Shown in pieces: positions 1 through 14,276 of a DNA stretch of 64,000 nt (its first letter is position 1; every line of letters begins with the position of its first letter). The DNA is taken from positions 8,579,957 through 8,643,956 of the forward strand of contig MU053881.1 of NCBI GenBank assembly GCA_013239625.1, written 5' to 3'. The DNA is from Lama guanicoe. Its lineage: Eukaryota. The notes under the pieces are model-generated. The model was not told the origin of the DNA. It made no database searches and saw nothing but the letters and a program-made list of their open reading frames with translations. Position numbers and translations under genes: made by a program.

Positions 1-539
1 AGTGTGAGCAGGAAACCCAGCAAGCTCAGGGGCCCGGCTCTGCCCCCCCCCCCGCCCCATCAGCTGCCCAGGCAGTAAACCTTGGTGGTGGTACCACTAG
101 CAACACAGACAAGACACAGGCCCCACCGCCCAGTCAAAGGGGCTCCCCCATGCCTTCTTCACTGTTAAACTACCTCGCAAACAGCAGTGTCATGATGTTA
201 CTTACAAATACAAATCAGAAGCACCGAAAGGCTCACTGACCAAAGATTCAGTAAGCGACGATTTATGCATCGAGCAGAAACCTACGAAGCCGTCCAAACT
301 GATGGCGTGGATTGCTAAGTACTGGCCTGAAAAAAATTCATATATTGTTGAGTCGAAAGTGTACTTTCGGTAGGGCTAAAAATATGAGTATATGAAGAAG
401 AAACGGACAATACAGACGTCCCAACGTTAAGGGTGGTTTTCCTGCGTTTTTGGTATGTTCCTGTATCTTAAGAATTATTTGTACCCAATATGCCTTACTT
501 TCCTGTTTTATAACCAAAAACAAAAGTATTTAAAAATGA

Positions 540-3500
540 GAACAGATGAAGCCCAAAATTAAGAGAAGGAAGAGCACTTAAGTAAATTAAATAAAACTGA
601 AAAAAAAATAGCAAAGAGTCACTGAAACCAAGAGCTGGTCAATTGACAAACCCTTAGCTAGACTTAACAAGAAAAACAAAATCTGAAATGAAAGGGAAAA
701 AAATCACAATTGCGACCCACAAAAATATAAAAGATCGTAAGGGTGCTATGAACAATCAGGTACCAGCACATGGACGGCAGGGAAGAAGTGGCTCAATGTC
801 TAGAAACACACAACATACCAGGATTGAGTAAGGAACAAATGAAAAAATCTGAACAGACTAATCACTAGGAGGAAGACCGAACCGGTAATCAATCAAAAAG
901 CTCCCACCGAACAAAAGTCCAGGATCACCCGGCTTCACTGGCAAATTCTACTAAGTAACATTCAAGGAAGAATTAATACCAACCCTTCCGAAAAATAAAG
1001 AGGAGGAAATACTCTAAAGTCATTTTACAAGGCCAGCATTACCCTTATACCAAAACCAGACAAGGACACCACAAGAAAAAAAAAATTAAAAGCCAGTATC
1101 TCTCCACATAAATCAAAAATCCTCAACAAAATATTAGCAGACTAAATTCAACAGTACGTTAAAAGGCACATACACCATGATCAAGGGAGGGTTCATTCCA
1201 GGGACGCAAGGTGGTTCCCATCTGCCAGCCAGTCAGCGTGAAACACCACAGGAATAAAAGGGAGGAGACAAACCACGTGATCCTGCCAAGAGATGCAGAA
1301 AAAGCATCTGACAGAACTCAACGTCCATTTATGAGAAAAACACTCAACAAAGTGCGTGTAGAGGGAACATACCTTGACATAATAAAGGCCATATATGACA
1401 GGCCCACAGCTAACATCATACTCAATGGTAAAAGGCTGAAAAATGTCCCTCTAAGACCAGAAACAAGACAAAGGATGCCACCTTTTTCAACAAAGTATTC
1501 GAAGTCCAACCCAGAGCAACTGGGCAAGAAAAAAAGGCATCTAAATTTAAAAAGGTAGAAGTTAAACTGTCACTATATATAAAAATAGATTTAAAATAAT
1601 TTCTTCTGTATAGCACATGGAACCATATTTAATATCTTGTAATAACTTCTTTTAATGAAAAAATATGAAAACAAATATACGTATGTATATGCATGACTGG
1701 GACATTGTGCTGTGCACCAGAAATCAACACACTGTAACTGACTGTACTTCAACTGAAAAAAAAAAAGTTAAACTGTCATTATTTGTAGATGACATCATAG
1801 GTACATAAAACTCTAAAAACACCACCAAAAAAACCCTGTCAGAACTAATAAACAAATTCAGTACAGTTGCAGGATACAAAATCAATATACAAAAAAAAAA
1901 TCTGTTGCTTTTCTATATATATTAATAACCAACAACCAGAAACAAATTTTAAAAAATTTATAATTGCATCAAAAGAATAAGACACTAGGTATAAATTTAA
2001 CCAAGGAGGTAAAAGACCTGCATACTGTAACATTGATGACAGAAATCAAAGACGACACAAATGAACAGTTATTACATGCTCCTGGATTGGAAGAATTAAT
2101 ATTGATACCATGTCCAGACCCCCCAAAGCAATCTACAGATACAGTGCAATTCCTATCAAAATTCCAACGGCATTCCTCACAGAAGCAGAACAAATACTCC
2201 TAAACTTTGTATGGAACCACAGATACCCAAACAGCCAGAGCCGTCTTTTAAGAAGGAATAGCAAAGCTGGAGGCATCACGATCTGTGATTTCAAGCAGTG
2301 TGGTACTGCAACAGAAGGAGACGCGTAGAGCAATGGGATAGAATCGAGAGTCCAGAAATAAACCCACACATCCATGGTCGGTCAGCTTACGACAAAGGAG
2401 CTGAGATACACAACGGGGCAAAGAACGGTCTCTTCAGTAAGTCATGCTGGGAAAACGGGACAGCCCCACGCAAAAGAATGACACACTCTCTTATACCACT
2501 CACAACGTTAACTCCAATGGATTGAAAACTTGAACGTAAGACCTGAAACCATAAAGCTCTTAGAAGAATACGTAGGCAGTAAGCTCTTTGACGTTGGTCT
2601 TGGTGATTTTTTTTTTTTTGGATTTGACACAAAAGCATCAAACCAAAACACTTTTGCACAGCAAAGGAAACCATCCACAAAATGATAAGGCAATCCACTG
2701 AATGGGAAAAAATATTTGCCAATCGCATGTCTGATGAGGGACAAATATCCAAAATATATAAAGAGCTCATACAACGCAATAGCAAAAACCAGAAACAATT
2801 TGATTTACAAATGAGCAGAGGATCTGTGTAGATACTTTCTCAAAGAAGACACAGAGGGCTAACAGGCACATGAAAGGGTGCTCAGCATCACTAACCTGCA
2901 GGGAGATGCACATCAAAATCATATTGAAATATCACCTCACACCTGTTAGAATGGCTCTTATAAAACAACAATAACACAACAACAGTGTTGGCAGTGATGC
3001 GGAGAAAAGGGAACCTGCATTCACTGTTGTTGAGAACGTAAGCCACTTACATTCGGTGCAGCCATTACAGGAAACAGAATGGAGGTTCCTCAGAAAAGTT
3101 AAAAATAGAACTACCATATGATCCAGCAATTCCAAGTCTGTGTATTTCTCTGAAGAAAACAAAAACCCAAATTTGAAAAGATAACTTGCACCCATATGTT
3201 CATCACCGCATTATTTACAACAGCCAAGGCAGGGACCAAGGTGTCCGTTAACAAATGCACAGATAAAAAAGATGTGGCATATACTCATGGGATGTTACTC
3301 AGCCATAAAAAGGATGACATCTTGCCATTTGTAGCAACGGGGGTGGACCTTGCGGGCATTATACTAAGTGAAACAAGTCATACAGAGAGAGACACATCCC
3401 CTAGGATCTCATCTATGTGTAGATCTCAAAAACAAACAGAAAAACCCACCAAAAAACCCCCACCAAAAACCAAGCTCATAGAAAGTGGTTGCCAGAGGTG

Positions 3501-3810
3501 AGGGGTGGGAGAAGGGGTCAAAAGGCACAGACTTTTAAGTTATAAACTCAGTAAGACACGGGGATGTCCTATACAGCATGGCAACCAGAGTTAATCATGC
3601 TGTATTAACTACATATTTGAAAGTTGCTAAGAGAATAGAACCTAAAAGCTCTCACTGCAAGAAAAACATTTTTTGCAACTCTCTGGCGACGGATGTTAAC
3701 TAGACTTACTGTGGCAATCACTTCACAACGTATACAAACATTGAATCGTTAGGTTGTACGCCTGAAACTGTTACATCTTAATTTTTCCCTCAATAAATAA
3801 AGAAATAAAA
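540..3810 (+). mobile_element. Degenerate 5'-truncated LINE-1 (ORF2 RT/C-terminal region plus 3' UTR), antisense to TENM2
   Basis: Frameshifted ORF2 peptides ([49 protein letters not shown]), an L1 3' UTR and an AATAAA/A-rich tail near 3790. Confidence 0.93.
1573..1764 (+). mobile_element. Younger L1 3'-end fragment inserted into the older L1
   Basis: Cetartiodactyl-type L1 3' terminus with poly(A). 14-bp TSD AAGTTAAACTGTCA at 1559-1572 and 1765-1778. Confidence 0.85.
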
Positions 3811-6800
3811 CAGCTGTACGTGTTTTGACACGGGGTGCTTAGAAGAGAACGCAGTAAGAGACAGTGTCCCCAGCTCTCGCTGCCAAGCAGAAGCTGCGAG
3901 GCGCTTATCCTACGGCTCTCAGATAACGATTTAATTCCGACGCACCATGTGACCCGGACACCGACAACACGTTGGTTGCCTCGCTTCATCATGAAAGAAA
4001 TAGTAGAACTGGAGAGTCTGCTTTGGGGAGAACAGAGGATTGGGTTTGAGACCAGACTCTCAGGGGCCACAGGGAGAAAAACATGTTTTCTTTACCTTTC
4101 AAAGCAGATGCAGCTTCATCTCCCTATGGAGTGAGGACCTTCACGGTCAGGTGTCTGCTCACACGCGCAAGGAGCTGTGAGCTCCAGTAATGGGACCTCA
4201 AGGCCACCCGGTGGGACCAGTCCTGCCTTGTCTCCTGTGGCGCTGGAGGCTGCTTTTGACTCCCTTACTCAGCACGTATTCACTGAGTTCTTAGGAGGCT
4301 CAAGGCTCTGGGGACATGGCTAGGAACAGAATGGGGGAAAACCCTTGCCTCTGGGATGTGTCTGGCTCTCTGAAGAGGACCAGAATAAACTTAAGATTTA
4401 AAAGAGAGAGTATGTCGGATGGTGATGAGTGAGAAGATTAAAATAAAAGAGGGAGAAAAGAGAGACCAGTTCTGTGCCCTTCAGGGATGTCGGCTGCTCC
4501 CCGCCAGTCTGGGGATTCAGCGGACACGGGAGACCTTCCAGAGACCCCTCCCCCCCATCTACTCCATCCCTGCCCACCTCTCCATGAGGCGCTGCCCAAC
4601 CACAGAGCAGAAGGGGGAAAGGTGACCGTTCCAGGGACCTGCTCCAAGCTCCTTGAATCGCAATGCCTGCTTATTCTACAAAGTAACTCTTGAACTCTCC
4701 TCCTTCCATCCCTCTGGGATTCACTCCTTCCCCCGTTGCTTGACTGTGAGGAGAGGGTCAGGACTGCTCTGGAGGGCTGTCCTTGAGGGGGACGTGTTTC
4801 CTGGTCCCCAGGGCCCCGAGTTTGCTCAGGCATGCTCTGCCCCTGCAGGGGTGGGGAGCCAGAAGTCCCGGGGCCCTGGAGAGAGAACAGGATACATTCA
4901 AAGTGAAGTATAATGTAAAGACCAGATGTAAAAACTGCATTCTCCAGAGTGAACTGCCATCTGCCTGACTCCCTTGTCCACTACGCAGCGGGTTGTTTGG
5001 AACCTGAGGGGTGGGACGTCACCTCTCTCAGCTCCGTTAGCAGCTGCCCTTTGATGAACTTGTACATGCCAGGTGCTTGGCTAATTTCTAAAAGCATACC
5101 ATCTCCGTGAATCACCACAGGACCCCTGCATGCTGTGCACTGCTACCCCCTCTTGACAGTATGCACATTGCAGCTCAAACAGGTTAGGTGACTTGTCCAA
5201 ATCAGTCAGTAAGCATGTGGCCTTCACATCCTTGTCATCCTCGCTCCAAGAACCAGGAGCTTTCTGGCATACCACATGGTCTTCTGGGGGACGCTCTGAA
5301 AACCCGTGTTCTCTCAGATGTACACCCAGACCAGGCTACACCTTCCATCAGGACCCAGTGGCCTACATCTGGGGAAAGTTTAATTCTAAGCCTGGGGCTC
5401 CCTGGAGCTTTCTGAAACTGAGCATAAAATTGGGCCAGGAAAATTCGTTAGTGTTTTTTCCTTCACATTTCTCACCTGCTCCCAAAGTCATTGAGGAATT
5501 TGTCTTTTGGGGGATCGCACCTTCCCCCAAACTTTGGCACAGTTCTCTTTTGGAACCTGAAGGTAGGAGTTCCAAATTCTACTGACACCCCTGCTTCAGG
5601 GCTATGGGATGCAGAGCTCGCTAGACTTGGAGATCAGCATTGGATTCCCGCTTCACTGCTGGCTCTCTGCGTGGCCTTGGGGGAGTGGCTTCCTTTCTCT
5701 GAGCCTCAGTTTCTCTATTCGCGAAACGATAATGAGACCTGTTCTTAGAAGTGCGCTGTGATGGGGGGAGCAGATGAAAGGCTTCCCTTCCCACCTAGGG
5801 GAGGATTTGCACCCTGCCTCAGGGAACAGGATGAAAGAGAGAGAAATCCCCCAGAGGAAGCGCTCACGGAAGGACAGACCGTTTTCTGACAGCCCCGAGA
5901 TCTCCATGTAGTTTTTGTTCATTACTTTTAACTGCTTTCTCTAAAGTTTTGGCTGAGGCCAAGACTAAGCAGGAAGTGGAGCTTGTGTCTGATTTTTTTT
6001 TAACAACAAATTTGCTGACCATGTACAAAAAATACCACAAAACCAACTGACCATCTTTTTTAGGAGGCCAAGAAAAGTGTATGCGTCAAACCCCTGCAAT
6101 GGAGAATTTGGGATAATATACCAACATTCGGAGGGGAAAGCTGCTCTTTAAATCAAGAGAGAAAAAAATTATGCAGTTTCCAAGTAACTTCTAAGCAAAT
6201 ATTAGAAAAAAACAATCATGACCATGTTTTCATGACACTAGGGGACCCTTCTGGAAACTACCCTCCCAGGCAGAGTTCCTGTCTAAGCATGCACCTCAGC
6301 CTGAACTTGGATGCTACAGCCTCTTGAGCCAAGCCTACCTCAGACTGGCCTCCCGAGAGGGACACAAATCACCTCCGAAGTGCACTGGGTCTCCAGCTGG
6401 AACAGCTGGAAGGGAAGATGAGAATCCAGGAGGTGCTTGGGTTCAAGTGTGGCTTGAACCTGACTTGCTGTGAGAGAAAGAAGGCACTCAGATGATGCCT
6501 CAGGGACAGAGCCACTGGCTGGCAAAGGGTGATCAAGTCCCAGGGCCCTGAGGGATGTGAGGATGCTTCAGAAGTCTCAGAAAGACAGCTTTGCCCAAAG
6601 AAGGAAGACAGAGCAAGGGCAAAGCAGTTCTGCAATGCAGCCAACTTCCAGCAGGTGGCACCAGCTTCCTTTACATGCTCCCAAACCCTGTGGCGTACAA
6701 ACAGGAAGTGAACACTCCTGAATGCAAGGCTGATCAGCAGCGAGGTCTTCTGTCCCCTCCTGTCCCTCTCCCCTTCTGTGACAAGGCTTCCTCAACTTAC

Positions 6801-7622
6801 TAAATTCTCAGCTAGAAGCAACACCTACTCAAAAGCAAGAAACACCTGCAGGAAGCAAGCAACGACTCCAAATACATAGCGGTTAACCAGACCCTTCACC
6901 ATCAAGGAGAGCCAGACACTTGTATATCCCATCCCCGTCTCAGCCAGCGACTGGGGGTGTCACGCCTTAGCCATCTCCTCCAACCCGCATCCCCCGGTTA
7001 ACGCCTGCGGCAGCAGGCAGTTGAACCAGGAACTGTCTGCAGGAGCGAGGGGAAGCAGTTTTCTGGGGAAACAAACAGTGGAACTGTTCAGTATGAGCTA
7101 ATTGTTAGGGGAAATATGACCAGCTCCCCCATCTTTTAATATACCTCGCACTTTATCCGTATTGATCTGCTTCTGTTAAAGAGGAAATTCAGGGTTTATC
7201 TGCCTGTCTGTGCAATCAAGTGTGTTGCTGGACCTATCGGCAAATTACAGGAGCCCCGCCAGGATCTTGCCTTTTAGTTTCTAATTTCCGCACCCACGGC
7301 AAACGTGAATAATCGGCAAAGTTAATCAGCACTTGATCTTTTGGGCGCCGTGCGTGTCCAATATCCTGAAATTGGAACAGCAGGCAGGCAACAGGAACTC
7401 CCAGCTCCCGCAGGGAGGACGTTCAAGACCAGACCCCCAGGAGCGCAAAGCACTGAGGAGTCAGGGAGCGGGGACCGGAATATCTCGGGGCCATAAGCAG
7501 ACATGAAAGTCAGGAAGACAGCATGACTACACGACTCTAAAAGCTACCTGGACGGCCAGTACCAATGCCAGCTGAGTGGGGAAAGGTAAGTGCTCTTGCA
7601 AACTACTTTATAAAGCTACTTA

Positions 7623-8543
<921 letters not shown>

Positions 8544-9615
8544 TCACCGTGTAACTGGACAGGGCCCTTCTAGGGGTTTTATGCAGCGGAGTGGGGCGGG
8601 GGGCACTTAGGTTTTGCTAACACACTGGATGAGAAGTGCCCATCGCTGAACCACCTGCCCACTGCCCACGCTGGACGTGCACGGCCGAGGAGAAGGGACT
8701 ACCACACGTCTCCTGCTCCATCATCTGCTGCGGCCAGAGGAGACCACGAGTTCTACTCACGATGCTCTTCTCAGCCCTAGATGACCGGACCAGGGTCAGA
8801 GTCATCCCAGACAGCTAGACACAGGACTGGGGGAAGGCAGTCACCGCTCTGCTCCCCAAGCCGTGGGCCTGAGGCGGCTCTGTTTACTGAGAGGGGGCAC
8901 CTTTATCTAATTCACAGGAAGGAGCCACGGGGTTCAGAAGGTGTCTCTGACCCACGGGGTGGCCAATGCACGGGCTGGCCGGTGAACTACAACCTGAGTG
9001 TTCGCTTGCCAAAATGAACTGAACCAAACACTCCTTCTCCGCAGAATCTCAACTGAAAATCTCAGCAACAAGTTGCCAGTCAGTCAGCTGAGGAATTTGA
9101 GCTGAGATGAACGAAGCTGACCGAGGGTTGAAAAGGCCCTTATCGGAAGGGCAAAGATAGATTCCAGGTTGTCTGAGGACCCTTGTATTAAAGTCCGGTT
9201 CCTCCGGCTGTACCTGAGGGAGCCTCTCTTCTCTGCTAATGTCAGGGCCCGGACTGAAAGACTGTCACTTGGGGGCATGTCGCAGAGGGCTCTGCTCTAG
9301 TTACCACCGCACAGAGTGGAGGTTTATATAGTGAGGATGCAGTCACTTCAGATTAACAGGGACGTTCTGACTGACACATAATACTACATGGTACGTTCTC
9401 AAACCTGCAATAATGATGGAGAAGAAAGGTGATTACACGGTAACTCCTACCCTATAATCTGCCACGGCTGGAGTGTGTCACCAGCTCCACTTTTCTGAGC
9501 AGAATTCCCCCCTCTCTCTTTTTCTGTTTCTCTCCCATTTCTAGCTGACGTTTCCCACTCCTTGCTGTCCAGTTCCTCTCAAGCCTTCTGCCAACAAGCC
9601 TGTGATGTGTCTTTA

Positions 9616-10050
<435 letters not shown>

Positions 10051-10987
10051 CTAAGAGCCGCCTAATTCACAGGCTGCTGGCTGTCTCACCACCTAGCTAA
10101 AGAACGACCCTTGGGCTACAAATGAACCGAGGCTGCAAATGAATGAATGAGGAGATAATTTTGCATCCACTTTTTTTTTAAGGAAAGAAGTTATTTTCCA
10201 AGTTCACTGCTTGAAAAATTAACAGTAGGAAATTACTTGAACGCTCACAACGGATTATAACAATGAGGCTGCAGAAACAGTGGATCTTGTAGTCACACAC
10301 TCCCAACGCAAAATGCATCCTCCAGGAAGTATTCCCGATTAAGCCTCGACTCCACCCAGCACATCAGTACCCGGGGGGAACGCTGGCAGGAGCTTCTATT
10401 TCTTTCACATTTTCACCCCAGTGCCCAAGCCCAAGGTTCTCCATCCTTAATCCATGCTGCCGCGTGCCTTCATGGGAGCTAAAAATGCTACCAAGAATTG
10501 GACCTTCAAATGACTGGTCCTTTTCTAAAGTACCTTCAGTCCTTGTCAGAGAGAGATCCATCAGTTTTAAGAACCTCTTCCCCTCCAATCCCAGACCCTG
10601 GGAAATCACACCCATTCTTAATTGCTACCATTTATTGGGCATTTGCAAAATGTCAGGTAGTGCTTTAGACTCGATACACACTATTATCTGACATGAACAG
10701 CTGGGAGTGGTTGCAGGCCCCCACGGGGCTCCGTTCTCTCTCCAGCCCACACAGCTGGCCCTCCGGCTCAGCGAACGCTGCCTTCTGACTCTCCGTGACT
10801 GGCGGCAGTCAGCCATCTCCAGGAGCAATACATCCCACTTTCCATTCGCAGCGCATGTGGGTGATGGAGTTTACTTCAAATAAATAAATACGGTTTTTAA
10901 AAAACACTCACCCACACACCAAAGCGATCTATCAGGCTTAAATTATTTTCAGCAAAGCTGTGCTGGGGACTGCCTGTGCTTAGCTCA

Positions 10988-11305
<318 letters not shown>

Positions 11306-14255
11306 TTAAGAGGAGCAGTACAAAGAGAAATGAGAAGGGGCTAGGCAGCTGGCCTCCTGGATCTAAGAGATGACAAAAATCCCAGCAAGACTCTGACCAC
11401 CTCTAGTGTCTTTCCACTTTAGTGAACTGGAAAGAATCTAACATCATAACTCAGTGTTCTGACATAGCATGGCTCGTGGCTACTTCTAACTGGACTTCAG
11501 CAACTCACGCTATCAGAGGATTCATCCCCTCCCATCATGCTAAAACACGGTGCTTCCTTTAGCTGGTGCAAAAGATCCCCCTCTGATCCCGCTTTCGTGT
11601 TTTGTGTTTTGCGGGTGTTAGTTTCCTTTCTTTCCCCTGTGGGTCTGTTCTCAAGTGGGGACTGAGGGACACTTCCATGTGACGATGCTCTCCTTGTAAT
11701 CAAAGCTTCCTCGGTGCCTCCAAGGTACTGGATCGTTCATACTGGGGCAGCCTGGAGTCCTCCTAACTGTGTGATGGGCAGCTCTCCCGAGCCATCCCCA
11801 GTCCTCAGCCTCAGACCTTCTCTATTGCTCCCCGGGGTGGATATGAACACAGCTAGAGTCTTGTGTGAAGAAATGTGACGTCTTACTGATACCACGTCCA
11901 GAAGCGGAATTACACAGGGAGGAGATACAGTTTTCAAATCTTGGGTAATAATGAGGTGACCGGTGTGGACCAGGATCTTTCAGAACCCAAAGCCACGCTA
12001 GGAGATAAATACCTTACTGCATGTGTAAATGTACTGAAAGGACATCAAGGCTTAGAGACCCGGATCTCTTTCTCTGCTGTGCGTCTAGCTGCCCTATGTG
12101 TTGCTGACTAGGACAGGGTAAGAGCTGTAGACTTGGCTCCAGACTAAGACACAGAAAACTCTAAACTCCACTGAGACCCAGCTGGTGACCTTCAGGAAGT
12201 CTTTTGGCTACGAGGGTCCTAGACTCCTTATTTGGGAAATGAAGATGTAGTATCGGATCACCATCCGTGTCCCTTTTGGCTCAAACCCTACATTTTCATC
12301 CCTTTGCAGTGTCTGTCACTGATTTGCTATTGAAACCAGAATGGATGCTCACGCTGTCTCCACATTGGTTATTAGCATCACTGCCTCTGGGATGCAAGCA
12401 GCAGGTGCCTCTCTGTCCTAGGGTGGTCCACCAGGTTTTGGTGCCGCATGCCTAAAATAAGCATAGTCCTTTAAAAATGTTTTCAGTCATTTTTCAATTG
12501 CAGTTTGGGACTATGGGTGGAGAGGAGTCTGGAAACGGGAAGAGGAGGTGAAGGCGATGGTAGTGTGGGAAGCATCTGTCCTGTAGACATTAGCTAGTAA
12601 ATTACTAATTAAAACACCACCATTTGGGTTCTCCCCCTATTTAAGGAAGAAAAGGACTAGGAAGCTATTTTTGGGAACAGTTTGTGCATCGAGATAGTCT
12701 TTAATTCCAGCTTCTCCTCAGGTTGCTATTAAGACACATAATTGAACTAGAAGTCAAGGTCTTTCTAAAATCCCAGCCTAGAAAACAAGTTTGGAAGAGC
12801 AGGCTACCAGGGTTCCTTTCCTTCTTTTATTTTTTATTTTTTTTTGGCTATTAAGTCTTTAGACAGTATCCATATATGCAAAACAAATTAGGGCAGAAAG
12901 GGAAAAGTTCATGCCATTTTTTAATTAGATGCTGCGCTTTGTTAGAGAACGCACGGGAGCTGGTGTGAGCGCAGGAGCTGGGGCACCGCACATCTGTGCC
13001 TCTCTACGAGCAAGATAATTAATTCCGGACTTTCTAGGGAGACCGGTTCAAGGAGGCTTTTCAGAATCTCCGGCAGAAGAGCGGAGAGTTGAGGGCAGGG
13101 GTCAGGTCTGGCTGGGAGCCCACTCTTCCCCACGGCCTCACCACTCCCTGCAATCAAGATTCTCGCAGAGAAGCTCAGGTGGATGGGATGTTCGTGCTCC
13201 CACATCGGGGGCTGTGGCGGGGGGCTAACGGAGTATGTATGTTTGAAGGGGGTGTCCTACCAGGGCGTTCTGACATTTTAAAAAATTTGGCGCCAACTCG
13301 GGTGTTTATAACCAGCCAGTCTGGGGGCTCCTGCGAAGGAGCAATGCATGGCTCTTCCCCTGACTCTCATGATCTTGTACAACCTGACTGTGTAATTTCG
13401 ACCTAACATCTGTGGAAGCCTCTGCCAACATTTCATTTCAAGGAGTGGAGAGAAGCATTCCCTCGAGCATTAAAATACATGGTTTTGTTTTTTCCTCCTC
13501 TTCCAAATAAAAATAAGGTCATCTTTCTTCCGTTTTAGTGCAACCTGGGGCAACCTGGAGTTTCCCTAACTCAGTAATGGGAGGCTTCCCAAAGCAGCAT
13601 GCACATATGCATATGTGGTACCCTGTGGGTGTGAATTGTACCAGGACGGTTTTAATGATAACCTTGGGGCAACCGAATGACAAAGGCTATTTAGACAAAA
13701 AGTACTGGGTCCACACCCTTCATACTACTTAAAAGTGATTTAATTCCATGAAAATTCCCAATGCAGCTGACTACTGGAATCATTCTGACCAACAGATTGG
13801 CAATTAACTTGGTTTTTTCTAAGTGACCATATATCCAGGGGAAAAAAAAAAGTCATTAATGAGTTGAAAATGAGTTTTTGACCCGTTTCCAGTTCATTAA
13901 AGCTTTTGTGAACCCAGTCCAGCATTTACAAAAGCCAGAAGTTTGCCTCAACTGTTTAGCCCAATTATGGACCGCACTGAGCAGTCGGGATAAAAGTTTG
14001 CCGAGGGTTCATTATCTTACACTTGCATCTTCCGGAAATTCTAATTACTGTCAGCTTATTTGGTTCCGTTTTTGACTGCCTTTCATAATTGCTAAAGCTT
14101 ATCATATCCACAACAGACAATTAGCACGTAAAAAAGTTACTATATTTGGTACATAAAAATATACAACATTACACGAGGAAACACAAAACAAAAGGCAAAC
14201 ACAAGGAGGCAAACGAACCATATCAAATTATATGGGAAAGAGTTCTTCATCTTAC

Positions 14256-14276
14256 CTATGTTTAAACTCTTTATTT
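14256..14276 (-). CDS. TENM2: Teneurin-2 21-nt alternatively spliced microexon in the NHL beta-propeller (adds NKEFKHS)
   Basis: Minus strand reads ctataaag|AAATAAAGAGTTTAAACATAG|gtaaga. Phase 2-2 and frame-preserving, with a long U-rich pyrimidine tract and a CTAAC branch-like motif at 14314-14318. Matches the known teneurin-2 splice insert. Confidence 0.95.

Noticed and set aside
1211..3501. ORFs with reverse-transcriptase-like peptides as an active or domesticated RT system
   Set aside because: Fragmented by stops and frameshifts. Ordinary dead L1 ORF2. The same applies to 23775-27900.
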